This document shows positions 1 through 13,031 of a stretch of 64,000 nucleotides of DNA, one piece after another. A program made the position numbers and the translations under genes. The notes below the pieces were generated by a model, which saw nothing but the letters and a program-made list of their open reading frames with translations, did not search any database and had not been told where the DNA came from. Source of the stretch: Felis catus (lineage: Eukaryota). Positions within the stretch are counted from its first letter, which is position 1; each line of letters begins with the position of its first letter. The stretch spans positions 144,524,001 through 144,588,000 of the forward strand of contig NC_058368.1 in the NCBI RefSeq assembly GCF_018350175.1, read 5' to 3'.

Positions 1-461
1 AGTGGTTGAGACTGTCCCACCGTACCTTTCCCCTGCTTTCTAATTTTTTAACTGAAACTCTGCTCAAACCCCCATCTTGACAGTCTTCCCTCCTCTTGGT
101 GTGTGCATATGGCAGGTGGATCTTAGGCTTTTTTCAGTGGGGAGGGCATTTGCAAGGGAAGAGGAATTCAGTGTGTGCTTCCATTCTATAAAGCTCATGT
201 CAGATTTAGTTTGGCAAGGGTTTGACAGAACCAGTTCCCTCATCCTGTCAGTCCTGAACTTGACGAGCATAGAGACTTAATCCTCCAGTTAAATCTTTCA
301 GTTAAGTCTTATCCTTTTGTCCACTAAAGAAAGCTCTAATCCAGCCTCTTGGGTCTGTTTTTATCTGTAGTCCTTTTGATGACATGTGCCTCAGGCAGCC
401 TGTTGTTTGTTCTCTCTCTTTCCCCCTCTATCAATCTGTTCCCCCTCCCCCACAACATACA

Positions 462-502
<41 letters not shown>

Positions 503-537
503 ACACAGCATACACAACCACACACACATACACACAC
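462..537. repeat. (CA)n microsatellite, imperfect
   Basis: direct reading. Confidence 0.95.
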
Positions 538-1242
538 AAGCCATCATGGTAACTGCTCCAGACACCTAGTGCCTGTAACCTCATCCTTTTAATTGGATGG
601 AGGCATAATTTAGAGTGAAGTGTATATTATAAAATCTATCCCCACACTAAAGGCCACTGTGTGTATCATATCATCCCCATAAAATCAGCTCTTTATATAA
701 TATATGTGCAGGGAGAAATCCTTCACAAATCAGAACAAAGCTAAAAACGCTTTGTGTATCACGGTCAACTGACAGGACTAGAAAATCAGAAATGGACAGT
801 GATGTCATAGCCTAAAGCTATATTTTGTATTCTTCTTGTAATAATAAGACTATCACTACTATTGCTACTTTAAAGCTGAAGATACGGATTTTGTTCATTT
901 GATATATATATATTTTTAATAAGAAGTTTTGTCAGGCCTTTGCCTCAAGATTGTACATGATGAAAGAGACGTCAGCACTTTCTTAGAACCTGCAAAGAAA
1001 GAGAGAAAAGGGATAATGTGTCTGCAAACTATGAAAGATTTCACTTGATGAGATGGTAGAAACTGTTTTCTACAGGGAAAAGTTGGGCTTGAATTTCTTT
1101 ATTTTCAGCCTTTGGTTAATACTTTCACCTGCTGGTTCTCTTTCCTATTCTTCATAGTGTTTTTTCTTCAGTTTGTTTGCACGGCACCAGGAGCTTGCAG
1201 TAGAACAGGCGCTCTGTCTGTCTGCACATGAACCCCAGCCCG

Positions 1243-1256
1243 CCTGCAGGGGGCGC
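1243..1256 (+). promoter_or_regulatory. Candidate CTCF core motif
   Basis: CCTGCAGGGGGCGC versus consensus CCASYAGRKGGCRS, one mismatch, in a GC-richer non-repeat patch. Confidence 0.45.
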
Positions 1257-1713
1257 CCCCCCAACAGGCTCTTGGCTGCCCCAAGAACTAGTGCTGCTTC
1301 AAGGCAAATTTCTGCCTTGAGCCTCTTCCCTCTGATTCCCTTGCTCCATCCGTTATTCCCTTTCTTATACATTCCATCTGGCTTTTTTCCTGTATTCTTA
1401 GATTCTCTTTGAATCTCTCCCACCTTGAAACAAGAAATTAAAATCCCTCCCTTGGCCCCGCATCCTCCTCCAGCTGCCGTCTCTTGCTGCATAGACAGGC
1501 TTCCTGAAGAAATACTTGGGTTGTTCTCTTTCCTCACGCAGCTCCTGCTCCTTTTCCAGCCCTTTGTGATGGGTTTCTGTCCCCACCACACAGAAACTGT
1601 TGTTACCTGAGTCGACAGCGTCTTTCCAAAGCTTTTCTTTCCTTATATAACTTCAACTTTCCAGTAATATTTATTTTTTAATTACACAAACAGTACATAA
1701 ATGCAACCTCTCT

Positions 1714-1817
1714 AAAAAAAAAAAAAGAAAGAAGGAAAGGAAAGGAAAGGAAAGCAAGAAAGAAAGCAAGAAAGCAAGCAAGCAAGCAAGCAAGCAAGAA
1801 AGAAAGAAAGAAAAAGA
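1714..1817. repeat. Compound purine-rich A/AAAG/AAGG/AAGC microsatellite
   Basis: direct reading. Confidence 0.9.
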
Positions 1818-2061
1818 ATGCAAACAATGAAAAGTAGAGAGAGTAAAAAGTTATTCCATTCATATGCTCCTCCTTCCCCTCCCCACATTCCCCAAGCTCA
1901 CTTATTCCTCAAAGGTATTTACTGGTAACAGTCTCCTGCTTAGTGTTTTCATACATTTGCATATCTGTTAGATAAATAGATAAGATAGGTAATATTACAT
2001 ACTCTTTTACTGACTATTCATATTATTCTCAACCTTCCTTTCACACTAATTTGGAGGTTGT

Positions 2062-2269
2062 TTTTTATTTTATTTTATTAGTTTTTTAATGTTTATTTAT
2101 TTTTGAGAGTGTGAGCAGGAGAGGGGCAGAGAGGGGGAGACAGAGGATCTGAAGTAGGCTCCGTACTGACAGCACAGAGCCCGATGCAAGTGCTGGAACT
2201 CATGAACAACGGCAAGATCATGACCTGAGCTGAAGTTGGGTGCTTAACAAATTGAACCACCCAGATGCC
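2062..2269 (-). mobile_element. CAN-SINE (SINEC_Fc-like)
   Basis: poly-T, GA-rich segment and reverse-complement tRNA-derived head (gatcatgacctgagctgaag...ccacccagatgcc). Confidence 0.9.
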
Positions 2270-3834
2270 TTCTGAAGAGGTTTTTTTTTTTTTTTTAAAC
2301 ATCATTATGTAGAGACCTTGAAATTCTCTTTCCTTTTGCTTCTAGGACATTGCTCCTGATTCTTCTACTCCTTTAATCATTTCTTCTCCTCTTTCATTGT
2401 CCCCTGTGTTCTGTCCCTTTCTTTAATGTCACTGCTCTGTGCCCTTGTTCCTTTCTCTCCTCACCAGTCATCCACTGCCAAGGCTTCCCCCAGGTGGATG
2501 GAGTCACCCTTTCCCCATGCTTTCGTTAATGCTGGGTACCGTGCTAAGTGCTCCATGTTCTCTTCTCACTGAACAGTCACAACGGCCCATGAAATCGGTG
2601 GTTCTATCTCCATTGAGTCTGAGGTCTTAGAGGATGAAATAACATCCCAAAGATCACCAGTCTACTAAGTGGCAGAGCTGATCCTCAAATCTAGGTCAGG
2701 CTAACTCTGAAACCTACGTACTGAATTAGGAAGATGTATTGCCTCTAGTATGTGTAGGACCATCTTTCTATATTGACCTAACTGTATACCCCCTCCCCCT
2801 GGGTGCTAAACTCAAATTTTTTTCCACCTCCCCTTCTTCCTACCAGAGTATAGTCCCCTGTACACATGTACTCAGTCACTCAAGCCAGCAGGATGCCATC
2901 CTATACCCTCTGCCCTCACTGCTCATGTCCATTCAGCCAGATGTGGATTTGAATCCTAGAACATCTGGTCTCTATTCCTGTGCCGACAGTGGTTGCCTGG
3001 CTTACTGCTCAGCCACCTCGCCTGTCTCTCTTCTAAGTTTGCCTCCTAATCCATCCTCCACAGGGGACCAGAGTGCCTTTCTGAAAAGAACATACGTGCC
3101 TGGTGGAACTCCAGGTTTCATATTAGTAATTTTGGTTATTACATTCAATTGACTTCTTAGTATAGAAAGTTTTAAACAGAGAGACTCAGCTCTCATTCAT
3201 CTGCATTACCCTCCCTGGGCCACTTTCTTCCCCTGTAGAAAGGACTGACCATTCCCTTCTTTGGGCCCCTACTGCAACCCTTTATTTCTTTTAAAGTACC
3301 TTCGAAATTACTGTATTGATTTGTTTATGTCTGTTGCTCTCTGTCAGTCTGAATTCCTTCAACACAAATCTGTTGCTCACCTCTTATCTCCTGCTTCTGG
3401 CACAGTGCAAATTGCTTTTCAGAAATGTGGGTACCAATTTAATCTCCCTCTGCTAAGACATGAAAAAGCTGGAATCATTTTTTTGAAAAATTTGTATTAT
3501 ATTAATGGGTAAAAAATGGTATCTTGGTGTAATGATAATTTCCTTGATTATTGGTGAAATTGACTATTTTTTGCCATTGTTAATATTTGTTTATGTTTCC
3601 TATATGAATTGGCATCTCATGTCCAATGCTTGTTTTTTCTCTTGGTGTTTTTCTTATCAGTTTGTTTATGAGCTTTTTGTATGAAAAAAATATCTGTTTG
3701 TATTTGTTCTAAATTCCCTTGCACGATTTTTTTTTTGCCCTGTACTTATTTTTTGACAGAGTTTTGAATTATGACACAGTGCAAATATTGCTTTTGGTGG
3801 GGAGGTTGTTCCATTGCTTTAAAAAAATACTTGA

Positions 3835-4740
3835 AAAACTGAAATATAATTCATATGCCATAAAACCTACCATTTTAAAGCATACAACTTAATGGATTTT
3901 AGTATATTCACAAGGCTGTGTAACCATCACCACTCTCTGATTCTGGAACATTTTCAACACCCCTCAAAACCCCAATATCTGTTAGTATTCACTCCCTATT
4001 TCCTGCTTTCCCTAGCCCTAGCTAACTACTGATCTACTTTCTGTATCTGTGGATTTGCCCATTGTGGACATTTTGTATAAATGGAATCATACAAGCCTTT
4101 TGTGTTTGGCTTCTTTTACTTATAATGTTATCAGAGTTCATCCGTGTTGTAATAGCATAATGAATCCTCTGCTCTTTCTGTGGTGGAATACTATTCCATT
4201 GTATGAGTGTACCACATTTTGTTTACCCATTCATTGGTTGATGAACATTTGGATTGTTTTTGCTTTTTGCTATTATACAATGCTGCTGTGAATATTTGTG
4301 TACACATTTTTGTGGACATGTTTTGAATTCTCTTGGGTGTACATAGGAGTTGAGTTATTTTTTATTATTTTTTTTAAATTTTTTTAACGTTTATTTATTT
4401 TTGAGACAGAGAATGAACGGGGGAGGGTCAGTGAGAGGGAGACACAGAATCTGAAACAGGCTCCAGGCTCTGAGCTGTCAGCACAGAGCCCGACGCGGGG
4501 CTCGAACTCACGGACCGCGAGATCATGACCTGAGCCAAAGTCGGCCGCTTAACCGACTGAGCCACCCAGGCGCCCCAGGAGTTGAGTTATTAAGTCATAT
4601 GTTAACTCTATGTTTAACTTTCTGAGGAACCAACAAACTGTTTTCCATAGTGGCCGCACCATTTTATATTTCCACTAGCTAGCAATTTATGAGAGTTCTA
4701 ATTTCTCCACATCCTCACCAACACTTGTTTCCATTGCTAT
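3835..4740 (-). mobile_element. L1 3' fragment (L1M-type), interrupted by a SINE
   Basis: typical antisense L1 3' text (aaatggaatcatac...ctttctgaggaac...acatcctcaccaacact). Confidence 0.85.
4360..4576 (-). mobile_element. Young SINEC_Fc with 15-bp TSD
   Basis: TSD aggagttgagttatt at 4345-4359 and 4577-4591; CpG-rich body. Confidence 0.95.
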
Positions 4741-5754
4741 TTTATTTGGAGTCCTTGTAGTGGAAATTGAATATGAGAATTTATAAACTCCTTTAATCCA
4801 TTTGGGTTTATTGAATATAGTTAGATATATGCTCTTGCTAAAGAATTTTTTGTGATCATAAAGAGAATTCTACCAATACTATTCTGCACATTTATTTGTA
4901 AAGAAATAAAAGCATCAGTGTTAAGAAAGAGTCATCAATACAATTTTCTTCAGTTTTATAATAGAGCACTATAAAATATATTTTTTTTAGAAATAAATGT
5001 TCCTTAAAATTTCTCTGCCCCAAAATGATGATTTTACCACTATTGACTTTCTGTTATATTTCCTTATAGCAATATTTTGCTTGTTTTTTTATATTAGATT
5101 GTGTTTTGGAAAGGATTATTGACAACTTTCCATATGCCCCATAGTTAGTCAAATGTTTAAATAATGAACTACTAACTGTGAACTGAAAGAAGGAGCAATA
5201 TTTAGAACAGGGAGTTTTAGTCTTTAAATTTTATTCCTCTTTTTAACCTCTTCTAATGGAGATGCTTGTGTTTCCATTCATTGTAAAGGAGGCAAGCTGA
5301 GGAGAAAAGAGCCTATCTATCAGTAGAGAGAGAGAAGATTGTTGGGGGTGATACAGGGTTAGAAACTTACCCTAATGTGACAGCTAACAAATACTGATTA
5401 ACCAGTGGAGTAGAACCATTGATGTAAGAGAATTTGAAAGCCAGAAAAAGTGGATAATAGCAATGCTGAAGTGCCCGTGAGTAAATCTGTGGAGGCACAG
5501 TCTTGTGTAGATAAGCCTGCTGCTGTCAGTGCACAAATACTGTCTAGATGGGAACTGTACTGCCGTCATCCAGGACTGGTTTTTCCCAATTCCCAAAGAC
5601 ATCATGCTCCCCCTGATATGAAAAATGCTGATTCGAAAGAGTTTTCTCAGTAAAATTGATCATAATCCTGGAGCTGGTGCAAGTTTTTCTTCAGTCACCT
5701 ATGAGTTTTTAGTTTGGGTTTTATTACAGTTCTCATTATACATATCTCATTAGC

Positions 5755-5755
5755 A

Positions 5756-5788
<33 letters not shown>
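5755..5788. repeat. (ATCT)n tetranucleotide repeat
   Basis: direct reading. Confidence 0.9.
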
Positions 5789-6599
5789 CATTAGCAAATA
5801 AGTCTTCAATCAAAGTAAGTAGGATGAGGGTCTGGCTCATCTAACCATTTCTTGTGAAGCTAATATAATTTTTACTCTTCTATAAAAATAATTAAGGCCT
5901 ATGCTGTTATGCTGTACTTCTCTGGACTCTTTAGGATTCTATTGGAATGCTTCCTTTTCTCCCATATGGAATAGTGGTGTTTTGGTTTTGATTATACATA
6001 TTACACATGAATATTTTACTCTCCTATATATACCTCAGACTTGCCATCTGTTAGTACTGGACACATGAATTTGGCTTTCATCATGTTGATTTATATGGCT
6101 TAATTTTATTATTTCACTTGGCAGCGAAGAGACTATTTTCTCCCCTGGTGGAAGTTAAACTAAACAACACACACACGAAATTAAAAACAATCACAAATAA
6201 TAAATAGATCAGGCAGAAATTCTTAAACTTGAGCAACTGGAAAATTTAATCAGATAGAAGATACATTGGAGATACAGTAAAATAGAAATACCACTGCTCT
6301 GAAAATTCCTACATCAAAGGAAGCATTTCCAGTTGATTTGCACAATCCACTTACTAGTGGCATATATAAGGAAAGCCCTGTGGTATAAAGTGAAGTAGAC
6401 ACACCAGTAAGAGTAGTGAACTAGAGAGAACCAATTAAATAAATTGAATGACTTGAGAATTATGAAAAATGAAAATTATTATGTGAAGAAAAATACAACG
6501 TGCAGAGTAAATTATCTTAGGTAACTATTTTTCATTTAGCAATGACCTTTATGTGAATGCCTGTTTTGTGCCAGGCCCCATGTCAGGTGCTGAGCTAAT

Positions 6600-7300
6600 C
6601 TTTAATATCTGTGCCTAGATTATTGTGGAGCCTCCAACTGGTCTTCCTTTTTCTGTCCTCGCACTCCACCCCCCACCTCTGTCTTTTCCCATTACTGCAG
6701 CCAGTGTGATCCTGTTCGAATGTCAGATCTTGCCATGCCTCCAATCAAAGCTCTGAATCTCATTCATGTTGAAAACCTGAGACTTTATGTGGGTCCACAG
6801 GGCTTTGCATGGTTTAGAATCCTGTTCCCTCGTCTGCCTCTCATCTTACTCCCCTCCAGTAAACCAGCCACTCTCCTCAGGCTCCTCAGCTCCTCAGGCA
6901 GCCCAGGCCTGTTCCCACTACGGAGCTTTCACACGTGATATTCCCTCTAACGGGAATGCTTTTCCAACCAGCTAGCCACATGGCTCACAGCTTCAGGTCA
7001 TGACTCCAATAACATCTTCTCAGGGAGACCCTGTCTCACAGCCTGGTTAACATTATAACCCCCGTCTCCCCCACTTCCTATCCTACTCCCCTGGCCCTGC
7101 TTTTTCATTTAAGTACTAATCATCACGTAACATACTATATATTTTAAAAATTTATTTTATTGTCTCTTGCTCCCTACTACAATGTAAATTCCATGAGGGC
7201 ACAGATTTTTTTTTCTTCCTATTTTGTTTACTCCTGTCTCCAATGCTTTGAACAGTTTTGGGGTATATAACAACATTCAGTACATACTGAAGAGTGAATT
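6600..7300 (+). mobile_element. LINE-2 3' fragment
   Basis: degenerate L2 3' motifs (cctccaactggtcttcc...aatgtaaattccatgagggc). Confidence 0.65.
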
Positions 7301-7896
7301 TGGAGTCACAGGAACACATAAAGAAACTACTACATGTTACAGAAGCCCACCTCACAGAGTAAATAACTGCCATTAGGATTTACGTATTTTCTTTTTGCCA
7401 CTTAATATTGTAGAGATGTTGCAAAATACAGAAAAGCACAAAAGTAATTAAAAATCACCTGCCATTGCTCTAACACATGTGCATGTACAAATTATATTTA
7501 CTTTAATCTTCTGGGTTTTTTTGTTAATTTATTAGTGGGTCTTGAGTACGTTCCATTATGTTAACCATTTTTTAAAATATGACTTTAAATGGCTTGTATC
7601 ATTCCATTGTTTCATCACTTTCATATTATATGCATCTATATTTAGATTCGGTTTTATTATATTTGTTTTAATGAATGAAAATCTTGTTTTTTTATACATC
7701 TTTGTGCAAGTCACTGTTTATTTTCCTTGGGTTAGATTATTATACTTGAAACGACTATGACAAAGGATGACATTTTAAGCTGTCTTGATACTTGTTGTGT
7801 TGTTGTCTCCTAGACTGTCTCGCTCTGGTACAGAGTACCCCTTTTGTCTTATCTTTGCCGGTACGGAATATTATCATTCCTGAAGCTCTTGACCAA

Positions 7897-7954
7897 TTTT
7901 TTTTTAATTTGAGAGAGAGAGCATGCCAGTGGGGGAGAGGGACAGAGGAAGAGA

Positions 7955-8010
<56 letters not shown>

Positions 8011-8132
8011 CTCGAGCAGGCTCCATAGTCAGTGCAGAGCCCAACATGGGGCTCAGTCCCATGACCCTGGGATCATGACCTGAGCCGAAATCAGGAGTCG
8101 ATGCTCAACTGACTGAGCCACCCAGGTGTCCC
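7897..8132 (-). mobile_element. CAN-SINE with expanded (GA)n
   Basis: flanking direct repeat ctcttgaccaa at 7886-7896 and 8136-8146. Confidence 0.9.
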
Positions 8133-9624
8133 AAACTCTTGACCAAATTTGATAAACAATTTTTACTCTTTAAGTACGTCCTTTTCTCTCTCACTATTAA
8201 TTATTCACATATTATATTCCATGATGTCCTTAACTTCTTGATTTAATGACTTTGGGCCCTACTATTGGTTCCCCACTATAAAGATGAAGAATTTAACACC
8301 CTTGCAAAACCATTTACCTACTCTCCCTTTGTCCCCTCAGTTTTTGCTACTTACATATTCTTGACTTTTAAATTGGTTGTTTATGTCTTAAAATAATATA
8401 ATTAACTCTCTTTATCAACTTTGAGAAGCGTGTAATGAGTCTCTGCTATGAAAGGTAAGTAAATTAAGACATTTAATGTGTCTTTCTTTATTGTTCTCTT
8501 CTTTCCACAAACTGAGGTTTTATTACTTTATTATTTACTCTCTATTTATAAACTTTTAAACATTTACCTTCTGTTCCTAAATTTAATTAAGCCTCTGTTG
8601 ATTCTCAAAATAAAAAACCAATGAGAGAAAACAAAATAAAAAACCATGGTTTTATAAATATTTTCCAAAGTATTAAGACTGGTGTTTGATACCACGGAGA
8701 ACGAAATATAATCATGCACTTGAATCCTTGCTTTTTGAAGGAGAATATTTTAATTTCTTTCTAGCATTTTTTTTTTATTACTTCTGCGGGCTTGTATTCT
8801 TGCATTCCATGTTAACTCTTGTCTTTGTATTCTGTTTTGTTTGGTTGGAAAGCCTCCTCATAATTTTTCTCCGCTAGTAAATGTGATCGTTAGTAAACGG
8901 CTTCTGTCTTGAACTGGCACTTGCCTGGGTGTGGGAATTTGGGTTCAGACTTTTTCTTCAGTTCTCTACTGTGATCTAGTGTCCCAGGTTACTGATGACA
9001 AGCATGTCATTTTGATTCTTGCTTTCTTTAGATAAATTGTGATTTCTCTTTGGAGGCTTTTATAATTGTTCCCTATCCTTAGAGCTCTGATATTTTACCA
9101 GGATATATCAGGGTATGAAATTTTTTCATTTATCCTGTCTGGCATTTAGATTATGCTTTCTCTTTGAACTGTGCTGTGTTCAGTTCAGGGAAGTTTTCTT
9201 CCATTTCTTGCTTATTTCTTCCCCATCACAATCTCTGTTTTTTCCCATTCTGGAACTCCCATAAGGTAGATATTAGATCTCTTGGATCTATACTCATTTT
9301 TGCTCAGGTTTTCTTCCCTATTTCCAATCTCTTTGTGTTTTTCTTTTTGTTGTTCTTGTTCAGTGTTCTTTATGTCTCCAGCCACCTAGCTTAGTTTTCA
9401 ATCGTGTCTGCTTTATCATTTAGCGCATTCATTGACCTGTGAAATTTTAATAATCATTTTTTGTTTCCAAGAACTCTTCTTGTTACCTAGTTCCTTCTTT
9501 TCCATAGCAGCCCCTTGTTACCTTATGACTCTAAGATCCTTCCATATCTCTTGAAGGTAATATATCTCTGTTGTTTGGATTATCCTGTTTGTTTATTATA
9601 TTTTCTGTTTGTTCATTTGGGGCT

Positions 9625-10180
9625 GTATTTATTTATGTATTGTTGCTTAACAACTTACCCCACAGTGCTTAAAACAGCAAACATTTTATTGTCCTCCCAC
9701 AGTGTTTGTGGGTCAGGAATTAACTGGGCGTCTCTGCCTGAAGGTCTCTCATAAGGCAACAATTTGGAGGTCTTATCTGAAGGCTCAAAGAGGAAGGATC
9801 CACATCCAAGTTTGCTCACATGTTCGTTAGCAAGATTCACTTCCTTATCAGTTGTTGCATTGAAGCCTCAGGTCCTGTCCTCATCAGCTATTGGCCAGAG
9901 GCCTCTCTCAGTGTCTGTCTGTGTGGACCTCTCCATACAGCAGCTCTTAACATGGTGTAGGCTTCCTCAGAACAAACCAGGAGGACAATAAGAGAAGGCA
10001 AGCAAGAGGGAAGCCAGAGTCTCCTTGTAAACTGATCTTGGAAGTGCCGTTCTATCACTTTTGCCATATTCTAATCCTTCGAAGTGAGTCACCCCGGTCC
10101 ATCTCACACTGAAGAGAAAGGGGTTACATAGGGTATGAATACCAGAAAGAAGGAATCACTAAGGGCTGTCTTAGGTACTA
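9625..10180. mobile_element. MaLR (MLT1-type) LTR
   Basis: tattgttgcttaacaacttacccc...cttaaaacagcaaacattttatt...gggtatgaataccag motifs. Confidence 0.65.
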
Positions 10181-10364
10181 CTGCCAATTGCAGAGGCCTT
10201 TCTTTTGGGGGTTGGTTTTTCCAAGTCTCAAGTGATCTTTCCTTCTAAATGAAGGACCTTGTGGGTTATTATAGGTAGCTGGCCTGTGTTTACATCTGTG
10301 TCACTTATACAGACTTCCTTTTCAGGTATGTGGGCAGGCACTGGGGAGGCTGGCTAGAATTCCC

Positions 10365-10905
10365 CCTTGTGTAATTCCAATACCCTTCAGTGTGTACAGG
10401 TGGAACCTGCGATTTGCTATTAGCCATTAGTAAATGACAAACATGCCGAGTGGTCACCCCCTTGATTAGGTTACATTATGTGGCAAAGGAAAAGGGATTT
10501 TGCAGACGTAATTATGATCCTAAAAATCTGTTGCTTTGAGTTAATTAAATGGGATTTTCCTGGGTGGGCCTGACTTAATCAGTTGGAAGCCCTCAAGGAG
10601 AGACTGGGGTCAGAGATCTCTGGGGTCAGAGATGCTCTCCAAGCTGCATGAGTTGTATACCTTCAGGAAAATGAATTTCCCAACAATCTGAATAAACGTG
10701 GAAGTGGGTTCTTCCCTAGTCAAGCCTCCAGGTGAGAATGTACCTCGACTGACACCTCAGTGTTAGGCGTGTCAGTCTCTGAGCTGAGGACCCAGCTAAA
10801 CTGAGCCTGGACCCCTGATGCACAGATACTGTGAGATAAGAAACATGTATTGTTTTGAACCAGGGAGCTTGTGGTAATTTATTCACAATAGAAAAAGAAT
10901 ACATG
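10365..10905 (+). mobile_element. MaLR (MLT1-type) LTR
   Basis: gttacattatgtggcaaagg...gattttgcagacgtaatt...ctgtgagataag...tgtattgttttgaacc...ggtaatttatt. Confidence 0.75.
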
Positions 10906-11972
10906 TATTTCACTCCTGGTCCCTCTTAGTGCTGACCCTTTTCTGGTTCTCTGTCCACAGTGGATGTCTGGTGTAAAGTCAAGCTTTGTTCTCTCTGAGT
11001 CTAGCATCCTCATTTGGAGCTTTCTTTAGGACGTGGTCCTTTTCCTACAGAGAGCAGATCCTGGGCTGTGACTTGAGGGCATGTCACTACTGCCAGTTGT
11101 GCCTTTTATTTCGTTACTTTGGGAGTTGGGAAGAGGAGGAGTCTAACTTGCAGATGTTGTGAAGGCACTTGTTTAATGAAAGACTCTAATGATCACCCCT
11201 TACTCCATTTCTTTGAATGTTTTGATTCCAACTTTGGAGCTCTGGCCACCTTGGTGGGAAGCGTGCTTATGCGAGGTGTCTCCTTGTGTGGTTTCCTCTG
11301 CTCTCAATTTCCCACCACTCGGACTCTACTTGGTTTTCCTCTTCATGGAATTTCTTAAAACTTCTGGTCTGTTGATGGCGTATTTTCCTGTTTTATAATG
11401 CTGTTATGGTTTCATTCTTTAAACAGAAAATAATTTTCCTAGCACTTCAGTGAGGCCTTGGAAGTGAAGGGAGACAGATGTGGGTAATGAGTCTGCATGA
11501 ATTCATCCACACAATCTGGACTGGACTTTTTATAAGAGAAAAAAAAATACTGTGTTGCTACCTAATACCAATTTGATATATTAGTAATAAATTTGTAATA
11601 AATATATTAGTAATAAATTAGTAAAAAATGATGAAAAGGGCATAATTTTTATTATAATAGCTACTTTTCTCATGTTCTATTACTGTTTTCTCCTTTTAAA
11701 GTTCCTAAAAGCGTATCTCTCTGAAGACTCTGCTCTTTTTTTTCTTCTTCTTTTTTTAACCTCCTCCCACTCACACAGCCTTTCTTTCTACTCTCTTAGG
11801 GTGATTTCTTAGAACAAGTGACTTTAAAATATTGCTGACACTATGTTTTTTTTCTAACACTAATAGCACACATGATGTAAGTGCTGAGGATGTTGAGATC
11901 ATTGAACTAAAATTGTGATTTTAGAATTGTCTTAAGACTCTTTTAGTTCTAAGTAACACAAACCTATTTCAA

Positions 11973-12189
11973 CGTTTTTTTTTTGTTTTGTTTTTTTTAT
12001 TTTTGGGACAGAGAGAGACAGAGCATGAATGGGGGAGGGGCAGAGAGAGAGGGAGACACAGAATCGGAAACAGGCTCCAGGCTCCGAGCCATCAGCCCAG
12101 AGCCCGACGCGGGGCTCGAACTCACGGACCGCGAGATCGTGACCTGGCTGAAGTCGGACGCCCAACCGACTGCGCCACCCAGGTGCCCC
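11973..12189 (-). mobile_element. Young SINEC_Fc with 17-bp TSD
   Basis: TSD acacaaacctatttcaa at 11956-11972 and 12190-12206. Confidence 0.95.
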
Positions 12190-12777
12190 ACACAAACCTA
12201 TTTCAAAGTAGTTGAGGTTGCGGAGAACTTATTAGACAGAAATTTTAATATCTCACTGAACCCAAGAGTAAAAATTATATTCAATTAACATGAGCGTCAG
12301 GAACCAGAAACTAGCAAGTTGACAGGAACACAGATAGTCGTTACCTTTCTGTCTCTCTTATCTCTGTTTTCTTGAACATCTTATTTTCTTTCTCAGCAGA
12401 CTCACTTTGTTTGGCATGATATGGACAAATACGGCTACCTGACAATGGTAACCAGAGTTTCCAAGTTTATATCATATCAGTTCAAGCAAACAGATAAGAG
12501 ATACAGTACCAGACTCCAAGGAGAAAGACTCTAGTTGGTTTAGCTTGGGCCAGTTACCTCTTTTTAGACCAGTGTAATGTAGTCATGAGGGCAGATTTTG
12601 TGGTAAAAACATGGCTGCTATGACCCAAGTTCTCAACGAAGAGGTAAGAGGTAAGTGAATAGAAGATTGGGCAGTATCTCAGGACATGTCTGCTGCAACA
12701 TTCTTGTTTATATTCATTGTGATATTCCTTATTAGAGAAACAGTTTAGCTTGTGGTTAAGAACATGGTCTTAGGGTC

Positions 12778-12949
12778 GGGGCACCTAGGTGGCTCAGTTG
12801 GTTAAGCGTCCGACTTCACACAGGTCATGATCTCACAGTTCGTGAGTTCGAGCCCTGCATCAGGCTCCATGCTGACAGCTTGGAGCCTGGAACCTGCTTC
12901 AAATTGTGTGACTCCCTCTCTCTTTGTCCTTCACCCACTCACACTGTCC

Positions 12950-13002
<53 letters not shown>

Positions 13003-13031
13003 AAATAAATAAACATTAAAAAATGAAACAA
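12778..13031 (+). mobile_element. CAN-SINE inserted into a MIR
   Basis: TSD aacatgg(t/g)cttagggtc at 12761-12777 and 13032-13048; MIR core continues to about 13215. Confidence 0.9.

Noticed and set aside
1172..1412. Acceptor-like ttttttcttcag at 1171 followed by an ORF in phase with the upstream exon
   Set aside because: No convincing donor, the peptide is low-complexity and ends in a stop, and a phase match has a 1-in-3 chance.
1145..1591. 148-aa minus-strand ORF
   Set aside because: No recognisable homology, non-ATG start; consistent with a chance ORF.
5400..5653. Coding-looking ORF (DNSNAEVPVSKSV...)
   Set aside because: In-frame stop just upstream, no splice signals, no family I can recognise; may be a decayed transposon fragment.
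11932..12288. Overlapping ORFs on both strands (also near 18695 and 46636)
   Set aside because: They are translations of SINEC_Fc elements.
12778..12860. tRNA-like A/B boxes
   Set aside because: Head of a tRNA-derived SINE, not a tRNA gene; the same applies to the other SINE heads.
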